A DNA stretch of 64,000 bases from Desulfotignum sp. (GTDB taxonomy: Bacteria > Desulfobacterota > Desulfobacteria > Desulfobacterales > Desulfobacteraceae): positions 5,995-69,994 of the forward strand of contig JAABUD010000253.1 in the NCBI GenBank assembly GCA_011389555.1. The letters run 5' to 3'. Under the pieces are notes generated by a model. That model was not told the origin of the DNA, ran no database searches, and saw only the letters and a list, made by a program, of their open reading frames with translations. This document shows positions 1-9,866 of this stretch, in pieces. The number at the start of each line of letters is the position of its first letter. Position 1 is the first letter of the stretch. The position numbers and the translations under genes are program-made.

Positions 1-714
1 CGGAATCTGTTCCACCTCGGCTTTGACCCGTTCGGAAGCCTGTTTGACGGTCAGCCCGATCCTGAAAAAAATCCGGTAGGCTTTTTTGAGCTCGCCCAGA
101 GTGAAATCGGAAAACCGGTGACGCTTGAGCCCGACATTGTTCAGGCCGTGGAGGGTGGCCCGGTCTCCGGCCGCAATGACAAAAGGCGGGATATCTTTGA
201 CCACAGCGGATTTCCCCCCGATATAGGCATAATTTCCGATTCTCACGAACTGATGAATGGCCACCAGTCCACCGATGGTGGCATGGTTTCCGATATCGAT
301 ATGTCCCGCCAGCGTGGAGTTGTTGGCCAAAATGACCTGTCTGCCGGTTTTGCAGTCATGAGCGATATGGGTATAGGCCATCAGATAGTTTTCCTCGCCG
401 ACTTCAGTGATGCCGCCGCCGGCTTCCGTGCCACGGTTGATGGTGACAAATTCCCGGATAATGGTGCCCCGGCCGATGGTGAGATAACTTTTTTCCCCGT
501 GGAATTTCAGGTCCTGGGGCGCACCGCCGATGGCAGCATACTGAAATATCTGGCAGTCTTCTCCGATGGACACATATTGTTCAATGGTGGTGTAGGACCC
601 GATGGTGGTCCCGGCACCGATGCGTACATTTGATTTGACAATGGCATACGGCCCGATCGTCACACGGGAATCAATTTCAGCGGTTGGATCGATGATGGCA
701 CTAGGGTGAATCAT
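1..714 (-). CDS. lpxA: UDP-N-acetylglucosamine acyltransferase LpxA (3' end outside window)
   Basis: Not in ORF track. Hand translation from ATG at 714 (ATGA overlap with the lpxD stop): MIHPSAIIDPTAEIDSRVTIGPYAIV...IGGAPQDLKFHGEKS, with hexapeptide repeats and the LpxA PQDLK motif. Confidence 0.93.
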   Translation of the reverse strand, partial: MIHPSAIIDPTAEIDSRVTIGPYAIVKSNVRIGAGTTIGSYTTIEQYVSIGEDCQIFQYAAIGGAPQDLKFHGEKSYLTIGRGTIIREFVTINRGTEAGGGITEVGEENYLMAYTHIAHDCKTGRQVILANNSTLAGHIDIGNHATIGGLVAIHQFVRIGNYAYIGGKSAVVKDIPPFVIAAGDRATLHGLNNVGLKRHRFSDFTLGELKKAYRIFFRIGLTVKQASERVKAEVEQIP

Positions 715-1775
715 GGCTGCTCCGGTTTTTGTATGATGCGTTCAAGGGCTTCAAGCCGTTTTTTCAGGCCCAGAAGTGTTTTTCTCATGTCAGGCAGCCG
801 GCCGAGGATGTTGACGACCTTCAACCAGGTTTTATGGGGCATGTGTGGGATGCCTGACACAATCTGATGGTCCGGTACCGAGGACGACACCCCGGCATAA
901 GGTCCCACAATCACATGGTTGCCAATGGTCAGATGGCCGGATATACCGGCTTTCCCGGCAATAATGGTCTGTTTTCCGATCGAGGTGGACCCGGCGATTC
1001 CCACCTGGGCCACCACCAGGGTATGATCTCCGATGGACACATTATGGGCGATGTGAACCTGGTTGTCGGTTTTCACGCCATTGCCGATCCAGGTGACGCC
1101 CAGGGTCCCCCGGTCAATGGTGTTACACGCGCCGATCTCCACGTGATCTCCGATGATGACATGTCCGGTATGGGACAGTTTGAAATGGCTTTCCCCATCC
1201 TGGACAAACCCGTATCCGTCCGAACCGATCACGGAACCGGAGTGAATGATGACATGTTTTCCCAGACACGTTCCATCCATCACAGTGACATTGGGTCTGA
1301 TGACGGTGTGTTCTTTGATCACGCAACCATTTCCGATAAACACATGGGGCATGATGTGCACATGGTCTTCAATCACCACATCCTCTTCCATCACCACGTG
1401 GGGTGAGATGGTGACATGGTTTCCCAGCACACAGTTTTTTCCGATGACGGCCAGGGGACTGATACCGGGGGCTGGAGCCGGCACGGGATGAAAATGCGCC
1501 ACCAGTTCAAAAAAAGCCCGTCTGGGATTTTCAGCGAAAAACACACAGGGATGAGGCCTGTTTTCAAAAGTGGCATCCCTGGGCACGATCACGGCCCCGG
1601 CCCGGGTCTGGCCCAGACGGGACAGATAAGAGCCATCTCCGGCAAACGTGATATCCGATTCCTTTGCATTGTCAAAGGAAGAAACCCCGGAGACAACGAT
1701 GGAAGGATCTCCTGTCACCGGGGCATGAATCATTTCACAGATCTCTTTGACAGTCAGTTTCATGCATGGATCCAT
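711..1775 (-). CDS. lpxD: UDP-3-O-(3-hydroxyacyl)glucosamine N-acyltransferase LpxD
   Basis: Hexapeptide repeats, IGSDGYG, TIDRG, DNQVHIAHNV motifs; follows skp. The start may be the second Met (1763). Confidence 0.95.
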   Translation of the reverse strand: MDPCMKLTVKEICEMIHAPVTGDPSIVVSGVSSFDNAKESDITFAGDGSYLSRLGQTRAGAVIVPRDATFENRPHPCVFFAENPRRAFFELVAHFHPVPAPAPGISPLAVIGKNCVLGNHVTISPHVVMEEDVVIEDHVHIMPHVFIGNGCVIKEHTVIRPNVTVMDGTCLGKHVIIHSGSVIGSDGYGFVQDGESHFKLSHTGHVIIGDHVEIGACNTIDRGTLGVTWIGNGVKTDNQVHIAHNVSIGDHTLVVAQVGIAGSTSIGKQTIIAGKAGISGHLTIGNHVIVGPYAGVSSSVPDHQIVSGIPHMPHKTWLKVVNILGRLPDMRKTLLGLKKRLEALERIIQKPEQP

Positions 1776-1783
1776 TCAGGCAA

Positions 1784-2317
1784 TCAGTTTCCCCGGGCTG
1801 TAACGGCATTGTATTTTTGGATGACACTGTCTGTGATATCCACCGGGTCCGCAATATAGATCACACCGGCATTCTTTTTTTCAATGATCAGGGTGTATTT
1901 TTCTTTTTTCCCCAGTTCATTGGCTATCTCGAATACCGCTTTCTGCATATCATTGATCATTTTCATTTCAAGATTTTTCAATTCATTGGCATAATCCTGC
2001 TGCATGATTTTGAAATCTTCGATCTGGTTTCTGAAATCCCGCTCCCGATCCCGTTTTTTTTCATCACTGAGCACCAGGGCCTCTTTTTCAAAAGCTCGAT
2101 TGATTTCATCCAGGTTCTGTTTTTCTTTTTCCAGAATATTTTTGAGCTCGGCACCTCGGGTGTTGAGGGCCTTCTGGTTCATTTTGCCGGCACTGGATTC
2201 TTTCATGATTCTTTCAAAATCGATGACACCGATTTTGACCGTATCCGCACAAAATGCCGTGGGTACAAAGCTGATGGCCAAAAGGCCTATGATGGTTGCC
2301 AGTAAGATATGCTTCAT
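1784..2317 (-). CDS. skp: OmpH/Skp periplasmic chaperone
   Basis: Signal peptide, KIGVIDFERI motif, coiled coil, C-terminal DITDSVI; between bamA and lpxD. Confidence 0.92.
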   Translation of the reverse strand: MKHILLATIIGLLAISFVPTAFCADTVKIGVIDFERIMKESSAGKMNQKALNTRGAELKNILEKEKQNLDEINRAFEKEALVLSDEKKRDRERDFRNQIEDFKIMQQDYANELKNLEMKMINDMQKAVFEIANELGKKEKYTLIIEKKNAGVIYIADPVDITDSVIQKYNAVTARGN

Positions 2318-2352
2318 GGTTTCCTCCGAATACTGATTGCGTTATAAATTTG

Positions 2353-4995
2353 TTAGAAAAATGCGCCAATGGAAAAATCGAACTGGCCATCTCCGGTTTG
2401 GTAGTCATCCTGCCCTTCCACCACAAACCCATAGGCCAGACGAATGGGTCCCATGGGGGAATTCCACCGCAGTTCAAGTCCGGCCGAAGAATATTGTTTG
2501 GCCAGGTCAACGTTTTCACTGGTCCGATAGACATCGCCCCGGTCATAGAACAGCACCCCGGCCACCCCCTGCTCTTCCTGGATGGGAAAAATCAGTTCCA
2601 CATTGAATTGAACGTATTTTTCACCGCCCCGAAGGATCGTCTGCCCGGGCTCTCTGGTGTTGATGTCGTATTTGTCAAACCCTCGCACCGAGTTGATGCC
2701 GCCCAGATAGAACCGCTCCCAGTCGATATCGACCTGACCGTTGGTGCGGTCATCCAGGTATCCGCCTTCGACATGAAATCCTCCGGTAAATTTCCAGAAA
2801 AGGGGTATCCAGAATCCCCCTTCCACCAGATACCTTGTATAATCGATATCTCCGCCCATGAACTCTCCGGCGTATTGCACCGAGACCTTGCTGAAAACGC
2901 CTTCCGTGGGCAGGAAATAGTGGTTTCGGGAATCATAGGTGATATGGGGCTTGATGCTGGCAGTTAAAAAATCGCCTTCTGTGACACTGGTATATTGTGT
3001 CTCCACCTGTTCCACCTCGAAATCTTCGATATTGTATTCCACCCCGATGGTGGTGTAGTCCCATAACTGCCGATAGGAAGATCGGAGGGTCAGGCCCATG
3101 GCATTGCGCTCGTAATGTTCGAACTCTTTTTCAAGTTTATAGATATTGAACCCGGCTGACACGGGTTTGTCAAATATCCAGGGTTCCGTGAACCCGAGAT
3201 CATACAATGCGGTTTCTCCAGACATTCTGGCCAGAATTTTCAAGTTCTGCCCCCGGCCGAACAGGTTGCGTTCTTCCAGAGACACCTGGCCGAACGCCCC
3301 GTCATCGGTTGAAAATCCTCCGCCAAAAGAAAAATTACCCGTGGGTTTTTCTTCGACTTTAACTTCCAGATCCCGCTGATTGGGCACATCCGTTTGAACC
3401 GGGTTGATTTCCACAGACTGAAAATAGTCTCTGTAGCTCAGGTTTCTGTAAGATCGTTGAATACCGCTCATGGAAAATTTGCCCTGCTCTTTCACGGCCA
3501 TCTCCCGCCGGATCACTTTGTCCCGGGTTTTTTCATTGCCGGAGATGAGGATCCGGTTGAAATAGACCGGTTCTCCCTGATCAATGTCATAGGTGATGTG
3601 CACCTGATGACCGGCATCATCGGTTTCCACCAGCGGGGACACCTTGACATTGGCATACCCCTGGTTGGAATATAAATCACTGAGACCCAGCATGTCTTTT
3701 CGGATCAGTTCCCGGTTGTACAGATCGGACTCCTTGACCTGGAGTTTGTCGAACAGCTCGGTTTTCGAGGTCAGAATATCCCCGGTTATGTCCACGTTTC
3801 CTGTTTTGTACTGTTGGCCCTCATCGATCTTGAAACCGATGGCAATGCTTTCTTTTCCCATGTCGATCTGGGGGTCCGATACCTTGACATTGATGAATCC
3901 GTTGTTCTTGTAAAGAGACTCGATACGCAGCACATCATTTGTCAATTCATTTTCATCCAGGTCCCCGGAAGAGGTGATGAATGACCAGAATCCTTTTTCT
4001 CGGGTCTGAATCGTTTTTTTCAGTTTTTTGTCTTTGAAATGGGTGTTGCCTTCAAACACAATGGATTCAATTTTGATTTTTTCACCCTCTTCGATCACGA
4101 ACACGATATCCGCCTGATTGTTGTCCAGCGGGGTGATTTCATAATGAACCGCGCAGTTGTGGTAATTTTTTTCCGTATACAGGCGTTTTATTTTCTCCAC
4201 ATCCGAATTGATTTTATACACATTGAGGATGGATCCGGTGCCGGTATCCACCACCCCGGCCAGTTCATCGTCTTTGTACACCCGGTTTTGAGAAAAGTTG
4301 ATGGTTCTGACACTGGGTTTTTCCGTGATATTGAAAACCACTTCAATCCCCTGATCCAGCTCTTTTTTTTCGACCACCACGTCATCGAAAAACCCCATTT
4401 TATAGACCTGTTCCAGGTCTTGGGTCAATTTTTCTTCATTCATGATGTCACCCGGGCTCGTGGAGATGATCCGCAAAATCGCATCCGTGTCCACCCGTCG
4501 GTTGCCGGTCACCGAGACAGTGGAGATGATGCGTTTTTCAAACAACTCTCCAATGATGGCCCGGGACAGGGTGTGGGTTGCCGCATGCAGTTCTTCCAAC
4601 GATTCGGACTGGGAAAAAAAAGGCCGGGACGGTCCTGTTTCATAAATGGAATGCATGGTCGTATCGATACTGACCGCATTGCCGGCCATAAAGACATTGC
4701 CGGTGATGATGTGGTCCACTCCCAGACGAATGCCTTCCCGTCGGAATCTGTCGGTATCCCAGGTTTGCGTGTCCACGAACTTTTCGACATAAACCACTTT
4801 TGTCCCTTCGGTTTCCAGACTTTTTCCAATCATGCGGGGCAGTTCTCTGCCGAGCGGTTCGTGGGCCGAAGGCGCTTGAACGGAAAAAGGAAACACAGCG
4901 ACGCTGACCGTCTGCTCTGCATACAGCCAGGAGGGCAGGCCGCATAAGCATAATATCATCCCTGTCAGCACTGCATTGATCAACCATTTTTTCAT
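2353..4995 (-). CDS. bamA: Outer membrane protein assembly factor BamA with extra N-terminal domain
   Basis: POTRA repeats (GNRRV, GNEKTRDKVIRRE), VRGF motif, SPMGP, C-terminal Phe. Start taken at the MKKWL signal peptide. Confidence 0.95.
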   Translation of the reverse strand: MKKWLINAVLTGMILCLCGLPSWLYAEQTVSVAVFPFSVQAPSAHEPLGRELPRMIGKSLETEGTKVVYVEKFVDTQTWDTDRFRREGIRLGVDHIITGNVFMAGNAVSIDTTMHSIYETGPSRPFFSQSESLEELHAATHTLSRAIIGELFEKRIISTVSVTGNRRVDTDAILRIISTSPGDIMNEEKLTQDLEQVYKMGFFDDVVVEKKELDQGIEVVFNITEKPSVRTINFSQNRVYKDDELAGVVDTGTGSILNVYKINSDVEKIKRLYTEKNYHNCAVHYEITPLDNNQADIVFVIEEGEKIKIESIVFEGNTHFKDKKLKKTIQTREKGFWSFITSSGDLDENELTNDVLRIESLYKNNGFINVKVSDPQIDMGKESIAIGFKIDEGQQYKTGNVDITGDILTSKTELFDKLQVKESDLYNRELIRKDMLGLSDLYSNQGYANVKVSPLVETDDAGHQVHITYDIDQGEPVYFNRILISGNEKTRDKVIRREMAVKEQGKFSMSGIQRSYRNLSYRDYFQSVEINPVQTDVPNQRDLEVKVEEKPTGNFSFGGGFSTDDGAFGQVSLEERNLFGRGQNLKILARMSGETALYDLGFTEPWIFDKPVSAGFNIYKLEKEFEHYERNAMGLTLRSSYRQLWDYTTIGVEYNIEDFEVEQVETQYTSVTEGDFLTASIKPHITYDSRNHYFLPTEGVFSKVSVQYAGEFMGGDIDYTRYLVEGGFWIPLFWKFTGGFHVEGGYLDDRTNGQVDIDWERFYLGGINSVRGFDKYDINTREPGQTILRGGEKYVQFNVELIFPIQEEQGVAGVLFYDRGDVYRTSENVDLAKQYSSAGLELRWNSPMGPIRLAYGFVVEGQDDYQTGDGQFDFSIGAFF

Positions 4996-5008
4996 ATCAG
5001 TCCCTTTC

Positions 5009-5698
5009 TCATACCGGTACAATTTTTCCATTCCGGATCGTTACTGTTTTTTCCATCATCCGGGCCAGTTTCATGTTGTGGGTCACCACAATCACGGTCA
5101 TACCCAGTTCTTTGTTCAATTCAGTGATCAAAGAGTGGATGCCGGCCGCGTTTTTTTCATCCAGGTTCCCGGTGGGTTCATCCGCCAGAAGCATATCCGG
5201 TTTCATCACAAGCGCCCTGGCAATGGCGACCCGTTGCTGTTCTCCACCGGACAGGTCTTCCACCCGATGATGACATCGATCTGCCAGCCCTACCCTTTCA
5301 AGCATATTTACAGCCCGGTTTTCAACCTTTTTTTTTGATTTTCGGGCAATGAGTCCCGGGATCATCACATTTTCCACGGCGGAAAACCCCTGGAGCAGGT
5401 AATGAAACTGGAACACGAATCCGATCCGTTCATTTCTGAATGCGGCCAGTTGATCTTGTTTCAGGGAAAACAGGTTGTGGTCCTGAAACAGGACCTGTCC
5501 TTTGTCCGGGCGATCCAGGGTACCGATGATATTGAGCAATGTCGATTTGCCGATGCCCGATGCCCCGACCACGGACAGGGTCATTTCCCGGGTGATGGTA
5601 AATTCGGATGCGTCCAGAATGTTTATGACATCCGGCGGCGTACCGAATTTTTTGGTGATCTGTGTCAGGCGCATGAGAACAGAGCCGGCATTATCCAT
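5009..5698 (-). CDS. lolD: Lipoprotein-releasing ABC transporter ATPase LolD
   Basis: GASGIGKS, GFVFQFHYL, LSGGEQQR, ADEPTGNLD; next to lolC/E. Confidence 0.9.
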   Translation of the reverse strand: MDNAGSVLMRLTQITKKFGTPPDVINILDASEFTITREMTLSVVGASGIGKSTLLNIIGTLDRPDKGQVLFQDHNLFSLKQDQLAAFRNERIGFVFQFHYLLQGFSAVENVMIPGLIARKSKKKVENRAVNMLERVGLADRCHHRVEDLSGGEQQRVAIARALVMKPDMLLADEPTGNLDEKNAAGIHSLITELNKELGMTVIVVTHNMKLARMMEKTVTIRNGKIVPV

Positions 5699-6917
5699 AT
5701 CGAATCGCCTCCAGCGGGTCCATGTTCGATGCTTTCCAGGACGGATACAACGTGGAAATAAAGCAGATGATCACCGCACTGACAGAAATGACCAGCACAT
5801 CCATGGAATCCAGCTGAACCGGCAATGTGGAGAACGGATAGGCCTTGGGCAGCCGGATGAAGTCATACCGTTTCAGAAGCAGACAGATCCCGATACCGGA
5901 CACGGTTCCCAGCAGGGTGCCGATCATCCCGATCACCAGGCCCTTGATGATAAATATTTGACGGATCATCCGGTGGGTGGCACCCATGGCCTTGAGAACC
6001 GCAATGTCTTTTGTTTTTTCCATGACCAGCATGGTCAGGGCGGATGCAATGTTAAAGGCCGCCACCAGAATGATCAGGGTCAGGATGATGAACATGGCGG
6101 TTTTTTCAAGTTTCAGGGCCGAAAAAAGACTCTGGTTGATTTCCATCCAGTCCCGTACATAGAACGGGTGGTGTTCCAGGTCGCCCGGCAGGGTTTTCCG
6201 GATCTCCTTGACCTTGAAAACGTCATCCACCCAGATGCCGATGGCGGAAATTTGATCCGGATTTTTGGTCAAGGACTGGGCCTGTTCCAGATGAACATAA
6301 GCCAGCATACCGTCGTACTCGGACATGCCCGAAGAAAACGTTCCCTGGACCACAAACTGTTTCATGGCCGGTATCTGTCCCATGGGAGAGATGACGGACC
6401 GGGTGGACATGAGAATGATCTTGTCTCCGGTCATGGCCCCCACGGACCGGGCCAGTTCCTTTCCCAGGATAATGCCCGGCAGGTTGCCGGAATCTTTTTG
6501 AACAGCCAGGGCGTTTGTCAGGGCCGGTTCATCAAATCCTTTGATCAGCGCTGCGCTGTTGTCCGGGACAATACCGCGTACCATGGCCCCTGACATGGCG
6601 TGACGGGTCCGGATAATGGCCTGGGCAAACAAAATCGGGGAAGCATCCCGGATCCGGGGATGGGTTTGTATATCCTCAAGCACGGTATGGTAATTGCCAA
6701 AGGTGCCGTTGTAATTCATCACCAGAATATGAGGCTCCAGCCCCAGTATCCGGCGCCTGAACTCGCTCTCGGCCCCATTCATGACGGCAATCACCACCAC
6801 CAGGGCCATCACCCCCACCATGACCCCGGCCACGGACAGAAAAGTGATCAAAGAGATGAATCCTTCTTTTCGCTTGGCCTTGAGGTAGCGCCGGGCTATG
6901 AAAAATTCCACGGCCAT
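5691..6917 (-). CDS. Lipoprotein-releasing ABC transporter permease LolC/E
   Basis: N-terminal ARRYL...FISLI, VAAFNI...KTKDIAVLKAMG, C-terminal YPSWKAS..DPLEAIRY. Confidence 0.92.
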   Translation of the reverse strand: MAVEFFIARRYLKAKRKEGFISLITFLSVAGVMVGVMALVVVIAVMNGAESEFRRRILGLEPHILVMNYNGTFGNYHTVLEDIQTHPRIRDASPILFAQAIIRTRHAMSGAMVRGIVPDNSAALIKGFDEPALTNALAVQKDSGNLPGIILGKELARSVGAMTGDKIILMSTRSVISPMGQIPAMKQFVVQGTFSSGMSEYDGMLAYVHLEQAQSLTKNPDQISAIGIWVDDVFKVKEIRKTLPGDLEHHPFYVRDWMEINQSLFSALKLEKTAMFIILTLIILVAAFNIASALTMLVMEKTKDIAVLKAMGATHRMIRQIFIIKGLVIGMIGTLLGTVSGIGICLLLKRYDFIRLPKAYPFSTLPVQLDSMDVLVISVSAVIICFISTLYPSWKASNMDPLEAIRYG

Positions 6918-6923
6918 GGAGGA

Positions 6924-8402
6924 TCAGTGACTGTGCTTCATGTGGGGAAATAAAATAACCTCTCGGATGGAGGCCGCATCCGTGAGCAGCATCACCAGCC
7001 GGTCGATGCCGATCCCTTCTCCGGCCGTGGGCGGCATGCCGTATTCCAGGGCTTCCACATAATCGGCATCCATGATGTGGGCTTCATCGTTTCCTTCATC
7101 CCGCTGACGTACCTGCATGAGAAACCGGTGGTGCTGATCTTCCGGATCATTGATTTCGGAAAACCCATTGGCGATCTCCCGGCCGGCGATGAACAGTTCA
7201 AACCGGTCGGTCAGGTCCGGGTCGGATTCACTTTTCCGGGACAACGGAGACACTTCCACTGGATATCCGGTAATGAACGTCGGCTGAATCAGCCTGGGTT
7301 CCACCAGCACATCAAACAGTTTGGTCAGAATTTTTCCAGGGCTTTCGGTTTTGGTGATCCGGATCTGCCGGTCTTTGGCAAAGGCCAGCAGTGCCGGGAT
7401 ATCATGGAGCAACTCCGGATCGATGCCCCCGATGGACGACAAGGAATCCATCATGGAGATCCGCTGCCATCCGGGTGTGAAGTCAATGGTGTGTCCCTGG
7501 TACTCGATGACGGTGTTGCCGCTGATCTTTTCGACAATGGCGGCAAACATCTTTTCGGTCAGCGACATCAAATCCCGGTAGTCCGCATAGGCCTGATAAA
7601 ATTCCACCATGGTGAATTCCGGGTTGTGCCGGGTGGACACGCCTTCGTTCCGGAAGTTGCGGTTGATTTCAAACACCTTTTCAAAGCCCCCCACCACCAG
7701 GCGTTTCAGATACAGTTCCGGCGCGATCCGCAAAAACAGCTCCATGCCCAGGGCATTGTGCCAGGTCTTGAAGGGGGTGGCCTCGGCGCCTCCGGGCAAC
7801 GGCTGCATCATGGGCGTTTCCACTTCCATGAATCCGTGTTCTTCAAAGAACCGGCGCATGGCAGAAACGATGCGGCTTCGGGTGACAAAAATGTTCCGGG
7901 TACCTTCGTTCATAATCAGGTCGAGATACCGCTGGCGATACCTTTTCTCAGGGTCCTTGATGCCATGAAATTTTTCCGGCAATGGCCGCAACGCCTTGGA
8001 AAGCAACCGGAACTCTGTGGCCAAAAGGGTCCATTCCCCGGTCCTTGTCTGAAACAAAGGCCCTGTGACACCGATGAAATCCCCGATGTCCAGTTTTTTG
8101 AACACATCGTAAGTGTCATCCCCGACCTTGTTTTTCTGAATATACACCTGCATCTGTTCCGGTCCGTCCTTGAATCGGACAAAAGAGGATTTTCCCATCT
8201 TGTTGATGGCCATCATCCGTCCGGCCAGTTTGAATGTCCGGCCGTTTTCGCCCAGAGAAGACGGGTCGTTGTCAATGATGTGTCGAAGCTGCGCCACCGT
8301 GCATGAAATTTTGAAGTCATTGGGATACAGGGCGATCCCTTTTTCCCTGATAGCGGTGATTTTTTCTTTCCTGGCCTGGATGATCCGGGTGTCTTTATCC
8401 AT
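6924..8402 (-). CDS. lysS: Lysine--tRNA ligase (class II)
   Basis: YRQRYLDL, LRIAPELYLKRL, FRNEG..RHNPEF, GMPPTAGEGIGIDRL. Start taken at MDKDT. Confidence 0.97.
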   Translation of the reverse strand: MDKDTRIIQARKEKITAIREKGIALYPNDFKISCTVAQLRHIIDNDPSSLGENGRTFKLAGRMMAINKMGKSSFVRFKDGPEQMQVYIQKNKVGDDTYDVFKKLDIGDFIGVTGPLFQTRTGEWTLLATEFRLLSKALRPLPEKFHGIKDPEKRYRQRYLDLIMNEGTRNIFVTRSRIVSAMRRFFEEHGFMEVETPMMQPLPGGAEATPFKTWHNALGMELFLRIAPELYLKRLVVGGFEKVFEINRNFRNEGVSTRHNPEFTMVEFYQAYADYRDLMSLTEKMFAAIVEKISGNTVIEYQGHTIDFTPGWQRISMMDSLSSIGGIDPELLHDIPALLAFAKDRQIRITKTESPGKILTKLFDVLVEPRLIQPTFITGYPVEVSPLSRKSESDPDLTDRFELFIAGREIANGFSEINDPEDQHHRFLMQVRQRDEGNDEAHIMDADYVEALEYGMPPTAGEGIGIDRLVMLLTDAASIREVILFPHMKHSH

Positions 8403-8483
8403 GAGTGCTGTTGTTTCCGTTATATGTATTGTAAGATTCAATATGATAAAACATAACTAAATAGCCTGTTTGTCAGGTGTTTG

Positions 8484-9866
8484 TCAAGATTTTGTTCGAT
8501 CTGCCACCGGTTTGGCCGGTTTGAATATGATGGTGAAAAGGGTTCCTTTGCCGGGGATGGAATCAAAATCGATCAATCCGTCATAGGTTTCGATGAGCCG
8601 GTGGATAATGGGCAGACCCAGCCCCGTGCCGTCGGGCTTGGTGGTGAAAAACGGATCAAACACATGGCGGGCGTGATCTGTGTCGATACCCTGACCGTTG
8701 TCTCTGATGGTCAGGTAAATGCGGTGGTTCCGGGGACATGTCAACGAGATCACGATTTTTCCTTTACCGGGAATGGCCTGGGCCGCATTTTTGATCAGAT
8801 TCCATACAATCTGCTGAAGGTGGACCGGATCGATGTGAACCACCAGATCCTCATCCAGGTGGGTGACAAGTTGAATCCTGTTTTTGAACTCTTCGGAATT
8901 CAAAAACAGGGTGACCAGATCCATGATGGCTTCATGAACCTTCACCGGCACGGCATTGGCCCGGCCGGGTTTGGCAAACAACCGGATTTCATCGACAATG
9001 GTTTTCAACCGGTCGGTTTCCCGCAAAATGATTTTCATGAGCCGGTCTTCCCGGCTGCCGGGGGCTGCGTCTTCTCTGAGCAGTTGAATGGATCCGGCCA
9101 GAGATGCCAGCGGATTTTTGATTTCATGGGCGATACCGGAAATCATTTCATCCACGGCTTCCATTTTTTCCACCCGCCTGTAATGGGCATGGGCGATTTT
9201 CAGATCCTGCCGGGCCCGTCTCAGCTGCCTGGACAACACGCCGCTCAGCCATGCCACGGCCAGGCAAGCGGACATGATAATGATGATCCGGTAAAAGACC
9301 AGGCTGGGGTTCAAAGACGCCGGGGCTGTGTGCTGGCCTGAAAACGGAGGAATAATGTAATAATACTCCAGCAGGATCAGCAGCCCGTATTGAATGCTGG
9401 AAATACCGGCAATGATCAGGCTGCCGCGCAAAAGCACCAGCATGGACCCGTATATAATGATCAGAAGATATAAAAATGTGAAAATGGAGTCCAGGCTGCC
9501 GGTGACATAGATGATGACCGTGGCCGAAAACGTGTCCACCAGAATCTGGACATAGGACAGTACCATCAGGTTTCTGCCCTGTTTGAGCCACAGGCCGTAT
9601 CCCACGGATAAAAGTAATACCGCGGCAGCCAGGTAATACAGTGTCACAAACGGCTGGGACAAAAAAGACAGGTTCTCGCCCGTGGAAAACACCAGGCTGG
9701 AGAAGATCAGCACAATGCAGAAAATCACCCGGACCAGGACAATCCATTTGAGCTGCTGCACCCGGTCTGACCGATCCAGGAGCGGATCTGTGGGTATGGG
9801 CCTATCCAATGCCGCCTGCCATGGAGAAAATCGGAAGATACATGGCAATGACCAGTCCCCCCACAA
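8484..9866 (-). CDS. PilS-like membrane sensor histidine kinase
   Basis: About 6 TM helices, H-box AHEIKNPL, N/G boxes (DNGQG, PFFTTK, GTGLGL); directly downstream of pilC. The true start is probably near the TTG at 9809. Confidence 0.82.
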   Translation of the reverse strand: MWGDWSLPCIFRFSPWQAALDRPIPTDPLLDRSDRVQQLKWIVLVRVIFCIVLIFSSLVFSTGENLSFLSQPFVTLYYLAAAVLLLSVGYGLWLKQGRNLMVLSYVQILVDTFSATVIIYVTGSLDSIFTFLYLLIIIYGSMLVLLRGSLIIAGISSIQYGLLILLEYYYIIPPFSGQHTAPASLNPSLVFYRIIIIMSACLAVAWLSGVLSRQLRRARQDLKIAHAHYRRVEKMEAVDEMISGIAHEIKNPLASLAGSIQLLREDAAPGSREDRLMKIILRETDRLKTIVDEIRLFAKPGRANAVPVKVHEAIMDLVTLFLNSEEFKNRIQLVTHLDEDLVVHIDPVHLQQIVWNLIKNAAQAIPGKGKIVISLTCPRNHRIYLTIRDNGQGIDTDHARHVFDPFFTTKPDGTGLGLPIIHRLIETYDGLIDFDSIPGKGTLFTIIFKPAKPVADRTKS

